A stretch of DNA of 31,484 nucleotides from Octopus sinensis (lineage: Eukaryota), in contig NW_021832218.1 in the NCBI RefSeq assembly GCF_006345805.1, forward strand, positions 1-31,484. Direction: 5' to 3'. Shown here piece by piece: positions 9,732 to 22,200 of this stretch (within the stretch, counting starts at the first letter, position 1; every line of letters begins with the position of its first letter). The notes beneath the pieces were generated by a model. That model searched no databases and was not told where the DNA came from. It saw nothing but the letters and a program-made list of their open reading frames with translations. Both the position numbers and the translations under genes were made by a program.

Positions 9732-12374
9732 GAGTGGAGGAAGCAGTGTTAGGGCAGTCGACGGAAGAGAAGTGCACTGCGAAGGAGTTACGGATGCGCA
9801 GATTGTGGTGCAGGGACTACAGCTGACGTTGCGAGCAATTGTGGTTGGTCACTTGGTGGACGAGATTGAAGTGGTGATGGGGATGGATGCAATCACTCGC
9901 TTGGGAGGTGTCAGCGTCAACGAGGCTGGCGTAACGTTTGGGTTAGCGGGGAAACCATGTAGGGCGAGACCACGCACCGACGAGACAACGCGAGGAAAAG
10001 GATGCGGCGCACACCATTGAAGACCAGGATTTTCGGGCTGTCTTTGATGGCAAGAGGTGGACAGTGGAGTGGCACTGGAAGGGAGAGCCCCCGATGTTAA
10101 AGAATAAAGTGGGCTGCTATCAGCATACTCTAAAGGTAGATGCCAGAAGTGAGTTCGAGGGGGAGGTGGAGCGGTGGATTAAGGAGGGCATACTGATCCC
10201 CTGGGAAAAAGAAGAGAGCGGAGTCATGCCACTGATGGCGGTGATACAGCCCACAAAGCATAAGGTCAGGCCAGTGCTCGAATTCCGAGAGCTGAATGAC
10301 CACGTGTCGTGTCATACAGGCGGCGAGGCCACGGATGTCTGCGGAGACACCTTGCGAGAGTGGAGGCAGACGACGGGGGCCTCCACGATTGTCGATTTGA
10401 AGTCGGCATACCTACAGGTGCATGTGGCTGAGAAATTATGGAAGTACCAGCTCGTCAGGTATAGGGGCCGGACGTACTGTCTGACCAGGTTGGGATTCGG
10501 GCTGAATTCAGCGACGAAGATTATGGCAACAATTCTCAAGGCCATCCTGGGGAAGGTGGACAGAGTAAAAGGGCCACCAATTCATACATCGACGACATTC
10601 TAGTGGATGAAACCGTGATACCAGCAACGGAGGTCATAGGCCACCTGAAGAGTTTTGGACTGATCGCCAAGCCGCCAGAGGCTATGGAGGGAGGGTGCTG
10701 CACTGGGCCTCAAAGCTATGGAGAGACAAGGCCGGCGCCTTGGTGTTCCGGCGAGGGAAGAGGTCCCTGAACTGGGCGCCAGCATGAGTAGACGGGAACT
10801 GTTCTCTGTGTGTGGGAAGCTGGTGGGACACTACCCGACCGTTGCAGGCTGGCTCCGGACAGCATGTAGCTTCATCAAGAGACGAGCCGAAGGAGTGAAG
10901 TGGAATGATAAAGTGGGGGAGAGGACAATCGACATGATGCAGGAAGTCTTGGTCAGAGTAGGAGAGCAGAGGACCCAGTGAGGGGCAACTGGTATGTTCC
11001 AAATCAAAGAGCCGGATCGTATGGTGTGACGCCAGTAGCATCGCAATAGGGGTTGTCTTGGAAGTGGGAGGTGTCCGGTGGAAGATGCGGCCTGGCTCAG
11101 GAAGATGGATGACTGCAATCATATCAACGTGGCGGAGTTGGATGCCGTGCTGAAGGGGGTGAACCTAGCCTTGAAGTTGGGGTTGCACACCATAGAAATC
11201 AGGACTGATTCATCCACTGTACTTGTTGGGCGACAGCAGTCATCACGATGAGCGGAGGGTGCGGACCAAAGGGGCTGCAGAGATGCTGGTAAAGCGTCGA
11301 TTAGGAATACTGCGTGAACTAACCACTGAGTTCAATCTGAAGCTGAGCGTGATCTTTGTGCCTTCCGAGAAGAACAGGGCAGACGTCCTGACAGGGTAAA
11401 GCGAGCCTGTTTGCAGGTGCCAGAGGATGCGAAGCAGGATGTAGCTGCAGTATGCCGTCTGAGCGACTCGGAGTTACGGAGACTACACACCATGCATCAC
11501 ATGGTGTGGACAGGACATTGTCCAGCCAGAAAAGTTGACTCCGACGTAACAAGACAGAGTGTGCAGAGAGTGGTTAGCAGTTGTGACAGGTGCCAGTCCA
11601 TCGACCCTGCTCCGGTCGTGCATGAAGCGGGAAGTATTCCAGTGGACCAGGACTGGAGACGACTGGCGGTGGACATAACACACTACTGGCAGGGGACATA
11701 CCTCTCAATGGTTGACTGCGGACCGGGGCGGATGAAGGGAGATGAAGTCGGGGACCGCAGAAGAAATTGTGAAAGTGTTGAATCAGATATTCCTGGAACG
11801 AGGCCCCGTGGATGAACTGCTTCTGGACAACGGCACTGCATTTCGCTCGGATGTGCTGAGAGAAATGCTTGATGAGTGGAAGGTCAACCGCTTCTTCAGG
11901 GCGGCATACCGGCCAAGTGGAAACGGGGTGGTGGAAAGGCATCATCGTACCATCAAGGCCATGGCAGAGAGGGGTCACATTTCACCAGTCGAGGCCGTGT
12001 TTTGGTACAATATGTCGCCCAGATCAGGACAGGCTGAGGAGTCGGTGCCACACAGGGCAATATTCAGGTACGAGTGGAAGGCATCCGTGTACTACATCAA
12101 TGCGACCCGGGCAGAGGAAGAGCACGCCTTCGTGCAGGTCGGGGAGGAAGTCTGGGTAAAACCCCCAAACGCACGGTGTACATCGCAATGGGGAAAGGGG
12201 ACAATAACCTCCGTAAATTCAAAGAATAACATCTCGGTCGATGGTATGCCACGCCACGTTTTGGACATACGGAGGATTGTCCATGCCCAGAGGATGGGAC
12301 AAGCAACAGTGGGCAAGACGAAAACAACAGATAGGATGACGGGTCGGCAGCAACACACCAGAAACAAGTCCTAG
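9732..12374 (+). pseudogene. pol: pol remainder of copy 2 (PR C-half, RT, RNase H, integrase), heavily frameshifted
   Basis: ORFs 9772-10020, 10064-10603, 11411-11815 and 11742-12374 parallel copy 1. Confidence 0.9.
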
Positions 12375-12498
12375 GGTCGCACTGCGACCACAGAGGGAGC
12401 GGCACCCTCCTCCTGGTTGGCTGATTATGAAACCAGTTTCAGGTGCGGGAAGATGTGAGTGAGGAAGCCGGTTCAGTGATCTATAGATCAGGGGGGCG

Positions 12499-12775
12499 TG
12501 TGGTGTGTGTGAGGGGGAAGGATTGTGACGGATGGGGGGTGGAGTAGTGGGCTTGCAGGTCTTGCAGGGCGCATGCGCGGAGGAAGCGGAAGTGACAGAC
12601 AGAACGCACGTGCGGCATTGACCAGTTGCGACAGACACGACGACGAAGACACCGAGAAGAAACAGACGCGAGCGAGTTGGCTAAAGGCGATCCGAGTTCA
12701 TCTCGGCCAGGTAAGACCCAATTACATTTCATTCTTTCCTTGTTCTGTTGTACTCTTTTCACCATTCATACTACA
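12499..12775 (+). repeat. 3' LTR of copy 2
   Basis: Follows the PPT at 12485-12498 and ends CATACTACA before the TSD. Confidence 0.93.
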
Positions 12776-12921
12776 GTATATATATGTATGTAGTATGTAG
12801 TATGTATGATGTATGTATGTATGTATGTATGTGTGTATGTATGTATGTATGTGCATGTGTGTGTATGTATGTATGTACGCATGAATGTATTTGAGAATGT
12901 ATGTATTTGCATGTGTGTATG

Positions 12922-13255
12922 TACGAAGAAATTACTCAAAAGAAACTGGAATTTTGCCAATATTATTTTATTCGCTTAGTTTTAGGTTTACACTTTATCG
13001 TCTTCAAAGTATCTCCATTTAAAGAAATGCATTGGTCCAGGCGCACTTTACACTTTTCGAAACAGTGCTGGAATTCTTGCGAAGCAATGCTTTTTAACGC
13101 CTCCGTTGTTTTTTTTTTTTTTTTACTTCGTCCACGTCTGCAAAACGTTTACCGTTAAGGACGTTTTTTATTTGGATGAACAAAAAGAAGTGTCAGGGAC
13201 GAAGATCGAGTGAATGAATAGAGAGGGTGTGTACGCGCGGTCATGCCATTATTGA
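12922..13255 (-). mobile_element. Tc1/mariner-like remnant (3' end)
   Basis: TA followed by CGAAGAAATTACTCAAAAGAAACTGGAATTT resembles a mariner terminal repeat. Minus strand 12998-13045 gives RLDQCISLNGD then (Y)FE with a 1-nt shift, similar to the CIxxxGxYFE transposase C-terminus. Confidence 0.5.
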
Positions 13256-13259
13256 TCAA

Positions 13260-13325
13260 AAACTAGAATCAATCAATCAATCAATCAATCATATACATAC
13301 ATACTTATATATATATATATATATA
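13260..13325 (+). repeat. Inverted copy of the LINE 3' tip, (AATC)n tail and its flank
   Basis: AAACTAGAATCAATC...ATATACATACATACTTATATATA is the reverse complement of ~15655-15720. Confidence 0.85.
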
Positions 13326-13406
13326 CAATTGCAGCGTGGAAGGTGTTTATAAGCCATTTAAGAAACACACAAAAGCCGTTCGATTCACTCCACATTTAAG
13401 TTTTAA

Positions 13407-13456
13407 TTTGTCAAAATATTTTCGTCGCTAAAATCCGCGACCTATTCACTGACAAA
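13407..13456 (-). ncRNA. Variant minimal hammerhead-like motif (G3-U8 core, intact GAAA)
   Basis: Reverse complement TTTGTCA GTGAATA G GTCGC GGATTTTA GCGAC GAAA ATAT T T TGACAAA. Confidence 0.4.
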
Positions 13457-13473
13457 GTCCGTGCTGCACGGAC

Positions 13474-13523
13474 TTTGTCAGTGAACAGGTCGCGGATTTT
13501 AGCGACGGAAATATTTTGACAAA
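13474..13523 (+). ncRNA. Variant minimal hammerhead-like motif (G3-C8 core; GGAA instead of GAAA)
   Basis: TTTGTCA / GTGAACA / G / GTCGC-loop-GCGAC / GGAA / ATAT / T,T / TGACAAA. Confidence 0.4.
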
Positions 13524-13666
13524 TTAAATTAAATGTTGGAGTGAATCGAACGGCTTTGTGTGTTTCTTAAATGGCTTATAAACACCTTCCACGCTGCAAT
13601 TGTTTTCGTTCAGCACACGATCTCAGATCAAATTACTTGCTATGCGAGTAATCTCCGAAAATATAT

Positions 13667-13728
<62 letters not shown>

Positions 13729-14020
13729 TTCAACAATTGAGGGTAAAATTAATTAATTAATTAATCAATTTCACCAAGTATTCAGTATGCAAAGGGACCA
13801 TTTAAGGCGAATTTCAAATTATTACATTATATAAAAGGGCTTAGTAAAATAAATTACTTTGCCGCATACTGAACTCGTTAGAAAATAGCAGCTAAAAAAA
13901 ACTTTTTATTAAAAAACTATTTCTAACACTTAAAGAAAATCTCTCTCATATAGTGTTTGCTCAATTCAACTCAAGAAAGTATGGGGGTAGAGACATTAAA
14001 AATCAAATGCAAAGGTTATT

Positions 14021-14072
14021 TGAGTACGTACGTTTCAAGATTAGTCCAAATCGACCCTCTCTCATCAGCTCA
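14021..14072 (-). ncRNA. Type I minimal hammerhead ribozyme
   Basis: Reverse complement UGAG / CUGAUGA / GAGAGGGUCGAUUUGGACUAAUCUU / GAAA C GUAC G U A / CUCA. Confidence 0.8.
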
Positions 14073-14176
14073 GAATGCCCTTGTTTTGAATTTGAAAACA
14101 CTGAAAATGGGAGCATACCCTTTCCCTTGTTATCGCTTCCCATTTTCAGTGTTTTCAAATTCAAACAAGGGCATTC

Positions 14177-14228
14177 TGAGCTGATGAGAGAAGGGTCGAT
14201 TTTGATAATCTTGAAACGTACGTACTCA
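14177..14228 (+). ncRNA. Type I minimal hammerhead ribozyme
   Basis: Stem I TGAG 14177-80 with CTCA 14225-28; CTGATGA 14181-87; GAAA 14213-16; 2-bp stem III with palindromic GTAC loop; predicted cleavage after A14224. Confidence 0.8.
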
Positions 14229-14412
14229 AATAACCTTTGCATTTGATTTTTTAATGTCTCTACCCCCATACTTTCTTGAGTTGAATTGAGCAAACACTAT
14301 ATGAGAGAGATTTTCTAAGTGTTAGAAATAGTTTTATAAAAGTTTTTTAGCTGCTATTCTAACGAGGTTCAGTATGCGGCAAAGTAATTTATTTACTAAG
14401 CCCTTTTATATA

Positions 14413-14867
14413 AATATATATATATATATAACATACTTATATATATACGTACATATATATATATACATATATATATACATATATATACATATATATATAC
14501 ATATATATACATATATATATAATTCTAATACATATATATATACATACATATATTACATTCTTATATATATCACATATATATACATACACACACACACATA
14601 TATATATATATACATACACACACACATATATATAGATACACACACACATATATATACATACACACACATATATATACATACACACACACACACACAAACA
14701 CACATATATATACATACACACACACATATATATATACATACACACACACATACATATATACATACACACACACACATATATATACATACACATATACATA
14801 TATACATACATACATACACACACACATATATATACATACACAGACACACACACACATATATATACAT

Positions 14868-14904
<37 letters not shown>

Positions 14905-15072
14905 CATACACACGCACATATATATACTAGGGTCATAGTTATGGGTGACAATTTCATATGACACCGCTAGAAAAAACTGACGTTCAAACCGAAAACTGGG
15001 ATCTTTTCGGTTTGAACGGCAGTTTTTTCTTGCGGTGTCATATGAAATTGTCACCCATAATTATGACCCTAG

Positions 15073-15113
<41 letters not shown>

Positions 15114-15414
15114 ATATATATGTGTGTGTGTATGTATATATATATATGTGTGTGTGTATGTATGTATGTATGTATGTATGTATGTATGTATGTATGTATG
15201 TATGTATGTATGTGTGTATGTATATATATGTGTGTGTGTGTGTATGTATACATGTATGTGTGTGTGTATGTATATATATATGTGTGTGTGTATGTATATA
15301 TATGTGTGTTTGTGTGTGTGTGTGTATATATATGTGTTGTGTGTATGTATATATATGTGTGTGTGTATGTATATATATGTGTTGTATGTATATATATGTG
15401 TGTGTGTATGTATA

Positions 15415-15458
<44 letters not shown>

Positions 15459-15660
15459 ATGTATATATATGTGAGTGTGTGTATTTGTGTTGTATGTATA
15501 TATATGTGATTATATATAAGTATGTATATATATGTATGTAATATATATATGTATATATAAGTATATATATATGTATATTATGTATATATATATGTATATA
15601 TTATGTATATATATATGTATATATATATATGTACATATATATATAAGTATGTTTATATAT
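14413..15660. repeat. Long imperfect palindrome centred on 14996-15003
   Basis: Unique core 14927-14995 / 15004-15072 (CTAGGGTCATA...TTCAAACCGAAAA and its complement), with the mirrored microsatellite pattern continuing outward. Confidence 0.85.
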
Positions 15661-15689
15661 ATATATATATATATAAGTATGTATGTATA

Positions 15690-17442
15690 TGATTGATTGA
15701 TGATTGATTGATTCTAGTTTCAGCTCATGAGCTGTGGCCATGCTGGGGCACTGTCATTTGGTGTTGCTGCTTGGTTTTACTTCACTAAAGCTTTTTAGCA
15801 ACTGCCATTTGGGTGCTGAGAGAGTTCGATGCAGCTGCCCTCATCTGCACCTCCTGCCGTGAAGTTGGTTCATCTGGGACCTGACAGGAAGAGATCCAGT
15901 TTCATTTTAAAGACATCTGCATTCACCCCATGCAGGTCTTCAGGTTCTTCAGGAGGATATTGAAGAGCTGTGGGCCTCGGAAGCCCAGGCTATCACAGTA
16001 TCTTGTCCTACATCTTGATGGCAAATTGGGAGTCCTAGGCAACACGCAGTGGGCGCCCGTTCTGGCATTCGTGTAACTCTCGATGCCAAAGTTTGAGACA
16101 CGTCCCTCCAGGATCTTCCAGATGTATATTATGGTATATCTTTCCCATACGCTCCAAGGAATATGGTTTTAATCTCTTGAGTCTTTCCCAGTAGTTTACA
16201 TTCTGCATAGAGGCAATCTTCTTGTGTGTAGCTACGCTGGATCGCCTCGAGCTCTGTGATCAACTTGACACTGGATGGTGACCATAACTGAGAGCAATAG
16301 TCAAAGTGGCTTAGGACAAGTGTCCTCCAGAGGACCATCATGGTTTCTGGTTCTCTTGTTCAAGGTTCTGAGAATCCATCCGGCCAGTGTCTACATTTCA
16401 TTGCCAATTTAGCAAACATGTACACGAAAGGTTGCGTCATCACTCATGTAAATACCCAGGTCACGCACTGATTGTGCCTCTGGGATTGCTATTCCTCCGG
16501 GTCCAGTGTATTCATTGGGTATTTGCATTTAGTTTTGCATGCTGATAGTATAAAGCTTGAAACTTTTCAGCATTGAACTGCATGCTATTCTTTTCAGCCC
16601 ACTTGTATATTTTGTCCAGCTCACTTGCAGGCGTTTAGTGTCCTCAGGGTTCTGTATTGCCTGTGAAACTTTTGTATCATCTGCATAACTTGTGATCGTG
16701 GCTCTCTGCGTGGCTGAGGGCATGGTGAGAGGGCCATTATGAACAGTAGTGGTCCCAGAACAGTGCCATGCGGAACACCGCTCACTATTTGCGTGTTAAG
16801 GAAGTGGCCCACCCATTGGCTACTACCACCTGACTTCTATCTTTCAGAAAGTCATGAAGCCATACTCCCAGTTTTCCAACTATGCCAAGATCACGCAGTT
16901 TGTGACATATCATTCCATGATCGACTTTATCGAGATATATCACTTCCACATTTGAGTGGTTGAGCAGCCGTTTCAGCACCCAGTCATAATGTTGTAGGAG
17001 CTGAGTTAAACAGCTTCTCCCTGGTCGGAAACCATGTTAGGTGTCGGGCAGCAAGTCATTTTCTTCAAGGAAAGTGATCAGTTTCCTTCTGACTATTCGT
17101 TCCATGACCTTGCTGATGTGTGAGGTCAGAGATATAGGTCTGTAGTTCTTGGCCTCCGCTCTGCTACATCATTTATGAATGGACATTCCTTCAGTTTTCT
17201 TGGAAGTTTGCCAGCTGCAAGGAAGCTCTGAAAGAGGAACTGCAGTGGTCTTGCTAGGACTCTCTTACATGCTTTTAGGAGGATTGCTGGGAATCCATCG
17301 GGGCCAGTAGCTGAGTCTGTTTTCATTTCATCTATAGCCTTGATTACATCGTCTTCCTTTATATCGATGTAATCTATCGTCGCCGCTCTGATTTTATATC
17401 TGCAGAGGTAAAGAAGTCAGTTGGATTGGTGATTTGGAGATG
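15690..17442 (-). mobile_element. CR1/L2-type LINE, 5'-truncated copy 1 with (AATC)n tail
   Basis: Minus-strand RT pieces: ATGPDGFPAILLK, SGVPHGTVLGPLLF, YADDTK, SHFDYCSQLWSP; frameshifted. Confidence 0.9.
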
Positions 17443-17923
17443 TATATATATATGTACCTATATATATATATACATAGACACAGACACACACAAACACACA
17501 TATATATACATACACACACACACATATATATATATATATACATACACACACACACATATATATATATATATACATACACACACACACACACATATATATA
17601 TACATACACACACACATATATATATATATACATACACACACACACATATATATACATACACACACATATATATACATACACCCTGTGTCATCCATGTTTT
17701 TAACCGTTACTGTCTCCAAAGAAGATTTTTCGTTTCATGTTCGTCTCTGTTGCGTTGCATTCTTTCCTTCTGTGGCTTGCTGATTCGGAGCGGATCTCAG
17801 ATTTGAATGGCCGAAATCTGCGATGAGGGATCAGTTTCTGACTGAAGAATGAAGGCATTGAATGACCCGTTTGTCTCTTTGTTCGTCCCTTCGTGTATTT
17901 CACGTTATTTATTTATGTAAAGG

Positions 17924-17967
<44 letters not shown>

Positions 17968-18002
17968 ATATGTATGTATGTATATATATATATATATATA
18001 TA

Positions 18003-18382
18003 TCTATATATAAACGGCAGTTTGTCTGTGCGTGTTTCTGTGTGTCTGTTTGCTTGTACCCTCACCCTGACCACGGCTTTCAACGATTCTGATGAAACTT
18101 GACACACACATACCCCAATGTCATAATTCAAAACTAACGCAGCGAAAATTTTGAAAAGTTCCCCCAGTTCTGAAAAAAATCGATAAATTCGGACATGGGG
18201 TCGAGAATCAGAAACACAAACCACAAACTGTCTAGGGGACGCTACTCACCTTTTAACTCTCAAAAAATAAATTTACCATAATTTTTTTCCATTTTTTTTG
18301 CTATTTTTTGGCTATAACTCTCTAAAAATGCTTTAAAGTTATTTCCCTCACAAACCCGAGCAACGCCGGGCGATACTGCTAG
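18003..18382 (+). mobile_element. Non-autonomous Helitron, 380 bp
   Basis: 5' TC(TATATATAAA); subterminal hairpin CCCGAGC-AAC-GCCGGG at 18355-18370; 3' CTAG; inserted between A18002 and T18383 with no TSD. Confidence 0.8.
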
Positions 18383-18691
18383 TATGTATATATACATATA
18401 TATGTGTGTATATATATATGTGTGTGTGTATGTATATATATATATGTGTGTGTGTATGTATATATGTATGTGTGTATGTATATATGTATGTGTGTGTATA
18501 TATATATATGTGTGTGTGTGTATGTATATATATGTGTGTACGTATATATATGTGTGTGTGTGTATGTATATATATGTGTGTTTGTGTGTGTATGTATATA
18601 TATATGTGTGCGTGTGTGCATGTATGTATATATATGTGTGTGTATGTATATATATATATATATGTTATTATTTATTTATGTAAACGTTTAT

Positions 18692-18736
<45 letters not shown>

Positions 18737-21062
18737 ATGTATATATATGTGTGTGTGTGTATGTATATATATGTGTGTGTGTGCATGTATTATATATGAT
18801 GTGTGTGTGTCATGTATAATATATATATATGTGTGTGTGTATGTATATATATGTGTGTGTGTGTATGTATATATATGTGTGTGTGTATGTATATATATAT
18901 ATATATATATGTTATTATTTATTTATGTAAAGGTTTATTATTATACATATATATATATATGTGGTGTGTGTATGTAATATATATTATATATATATATATA
19001 TATAAATGTTAGTATTTATTTATCTAAATGTTTATTATATACATATATATGTATATGTATATCTGTATGTATATATATATGTGTGTGTATTGCATTCTAT
19101 CCTCCTGTGGCTGGCTGATTCGGAGCGGATCTCAGAATTAAACAGCCGAATTCTGCGATGAGGGATCAGTTTCTGACTGAAGAATGAAAGCTTTGAATGA
19201 CCCGTTTGTCTTTTGGTTCGTTCGGTCGTGTATTTCACGTTATTTATTTATGTAAAGGTTTATTATATATTCGCAGCGTACGTGCATAATAAATTCTTTA
19301 TGTTATCATATCAAAACCCCTGCACGATGTATTAAACTATTTTCTTCCTTCGCCATTGCTTCGTTGCCAAATTGTTTTGGCGCCCTTTTTCTCCCAGCCC
19401 TCTCTGATTCCTTCTCTCCCTCTCTCTCGGTCACTTCTTCTGTCCCCGCCTTCTACCCTCCTTGCCCCTCTCTCTCTTAGCCCCTCCTCTCTCTTACCCT
19501 CTTGCGACTTGCTGCCTCAGCCATTCTGTTTACATCGGCTACTTTGTTCACATTGTCTTATCACCGAAAAAGGTAATTATTTTTCCACGCTTGCTGATAT
19601 TGTTTTGTGGCTCTCTTTTTGTGTTAAAGCCGTTGGGCGCCTGTGTATCCATGTTTTTAACGTTGATGTCTCCAAAAAAGATTTTTCGTTTCATGTTTTC
19701 TCTGTTGCGTTGCATTCTTTCCTTCTGTGGCTGGCTGAGTCGAGTAGCGGATCTCAGAATTGAACGGCCGAAATCTGCGATGAGGTATCAGTTTCTGACT
19801 GAAGAATGAAGGCTTTGAATGAACCCGTTTGTCTTTTTGTCGTCCCTTCGTGTATTCACGTGTATTTATGTAAATGTTTATTATAATTAAATATGATATT
19901 ATGTATGTGTGTATAGTGTATGTATGTATATATATATGTATAATATATGATGATGATATTATATATATATATATGTGTGTGTTGTATATAATATATGTGT
20001 GTGTGGTATGTATTATGGATTGTGTGTGTTGTAGTTTATATATGTAAGTGTGTGTGTATGTATAGAATATGTGGTGTGTGTAGTATATATATATGTGTGT
20101 GTGTATGTATATATATGTGTGTTATGTGTTGTAGTAATATATATATGGGTGGTGTGTGTATAAGTTATATATGTTGTTTGGGTGTGTGTGTATGATATAT
20201 ATATGGGTGTGTGTATGTATTATATATGGTGTGGGTGTGCATGTATATATATGTGTGTGTGTATGTTATAATATGTGTGTGTGTGCATGTTATATATATA
20301 TATATATGTTATTATTTATTATCTAAAGGTTATTATATACATATATATATATAGTATGTTGTATGTATATATATGTGGGGTGTGAGTATGTATATCATAT
20401 GTGTGTGTGTGCATGTATATACATGTGTGTGGTATTGTATATATATATATATGTTATTATTTATTATGTAAAGGTATATACATATACATATATATGTGTG
20501 TGTGTATGTATATATATATATATAGTTATTATTTATTTATCTAAAGGTTTATTATATACTATATAATATATGTATGTGTGTATGTTATATAGTGTGGTGT
20601 GTATGTATATATATATATATTGTATATTTATTTATGTAAAGTTTTATTATATACAATATGTATGTGCGTATGTATATATATGTGTGTGCGTGTATGTATG
20701 TATATGTATGTGTGTGTTTCATGTTCGTCTCTGTTGCATTGCATTCTTTCCTTCTGTGGCTGTGCTGATTCGGAGCGGATCTCGGAATTAAACAGCCGAA
20801 ATCTGCGATGAGGGATCAGTTCTGACTGAAGAATGAAGGCTTTGAATGACCCGTTTGTCTTTGTTCGTCCCTTCGTGTATTTCACGTTTATTTATTTATG
20901 TTAAAAGTTTATTATATATTTTGCAGCGTACTTGCATAATAACTATTTATGTTTATCATATCACAACCCCTGCACGATGTCTTTAAACTATTTTCTTTCC
21001 TTCGCCATTGCTTCGTTGCCAAATTGTTTTCGCGCATTTGTTTCCCAGCCTCTCTAATTCCT

Positions 21063-21094
<32 letters not shown>

Positions 21095-21517
21095 GGTCAC
21101 TGCTTCTGTCCTCGTCTTCTACCCTCCTTGGTCACATCTCTCTCTTGCGACTTGCTGCCTCAGGCATTCTGTTTCCATTGGCCACTTGTTCAACATGTGT
21201 CTTATCACCGAAAAGGTAATTATTTTTCCACGCTTGCTGATATTGTTTTGGTGGCTCTCTTTTTGTGTTAAAGCCGTAGGGACCTGTGTCATCCATGTTT
21301 TAACCGTACTGTCTCCAAAAAAGATTTTTCGTTTCATGTTCGTCTCTTGTGCGCGCATTCTTCCTTCTGTGGCTGGGCTGATTCGGAGCGGATCTCAGAA
21401 TTGAACGGCCGAAATCTGCGATGAGGGATCAGTTCTGACTGAAGAATGAAGGCTTTGAATGACCCGTTTGTCTTGTTGTTCGTCCCTTCGTGTATTTCAC
21501 GTTATTTATGTAAATGT

Positions 21518-21604
<87 letters not shown>

Positions 21605-22153
21605 TGTATGTATATATATATGTGTATATATATATATGTGTGTATGTATATATATATGTGTGTGTGTATGTATATATATATATGTGTGTGTGTGTATGTA
21701 TATATGTGTGTGTGTATGTATATATGTATGTGTGTGTGTATGTATATATATGTGTGTGTATGTATATATGTGTGTTTGTGTGTGTATGTATATATATATG
21801 TGTGCGTGTGTGGTAAGTAGTATAGATGTGTTTGTGTGGGTGTGTATTATATATATTGTGTGTGTGTATGTATAATATGTGTGTGTGCATGGTATTATAT
21901 ATGTGTGTGTGTATTATATATATGTGTGTGTGTATGTATATATATATATATGTTATTGAATTTATTTATGTAAAGGTTTATTATATAATATATAATATAT
22001 ATGTGTGTGTAGTATATATATATATATGTTATTATTTATTTATCTAAAGGTTTATTACTTTGATACTTTGATTGTTATTATTTATATCTAAAGGTCTATT
22101 ATATACATATACATATATATATGTATGTGTGTATGTATATATATGTGTGTGTG

Positions 22154-22200
<47 letters not shown>

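Larger units (their letters stand above)
7968..12775 (+). mobile_element. Ty3/Gypsy LTR retrotransposon, copy 2, structurally complete with 5-bp TSD GTATA
   Basis: TG...CA LTRs at 7968-8238 and 12499-12775; GTATA at 7963-7967 and 12776-12780; gag-PR-RT-RH-IN order; many small indels. Confidence 0.96.
13326..13660. mobile_element. Penelope-like terminal fragment A in fold-back form
   Basis: Palindrome 13326-13602 centred on T13465, with a one-sided extension to ~13660 and a hammerhead-like fold in each arm. PLE assignment is inferred from that architecture. Confidence 0.55.
13730..14412. mobile_element. Penelope-like terminal fragment B in fold-back form
   Basis: Inverted repeat 13828-14114 / 14135-14412 with a 20-nt spacer and a one-sided extension 13730-13827; canonical hammerhead in each arm. 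Confidence 0.7.

Noticed and set aside
17801-17870. Hammerhead-like words GCCGAAA and CTGAAGA in the B repeat
   Set aside because: No arrangement gives valid stems I and II around the core; position 10.1 cannot pair and the intervening segment is too short.
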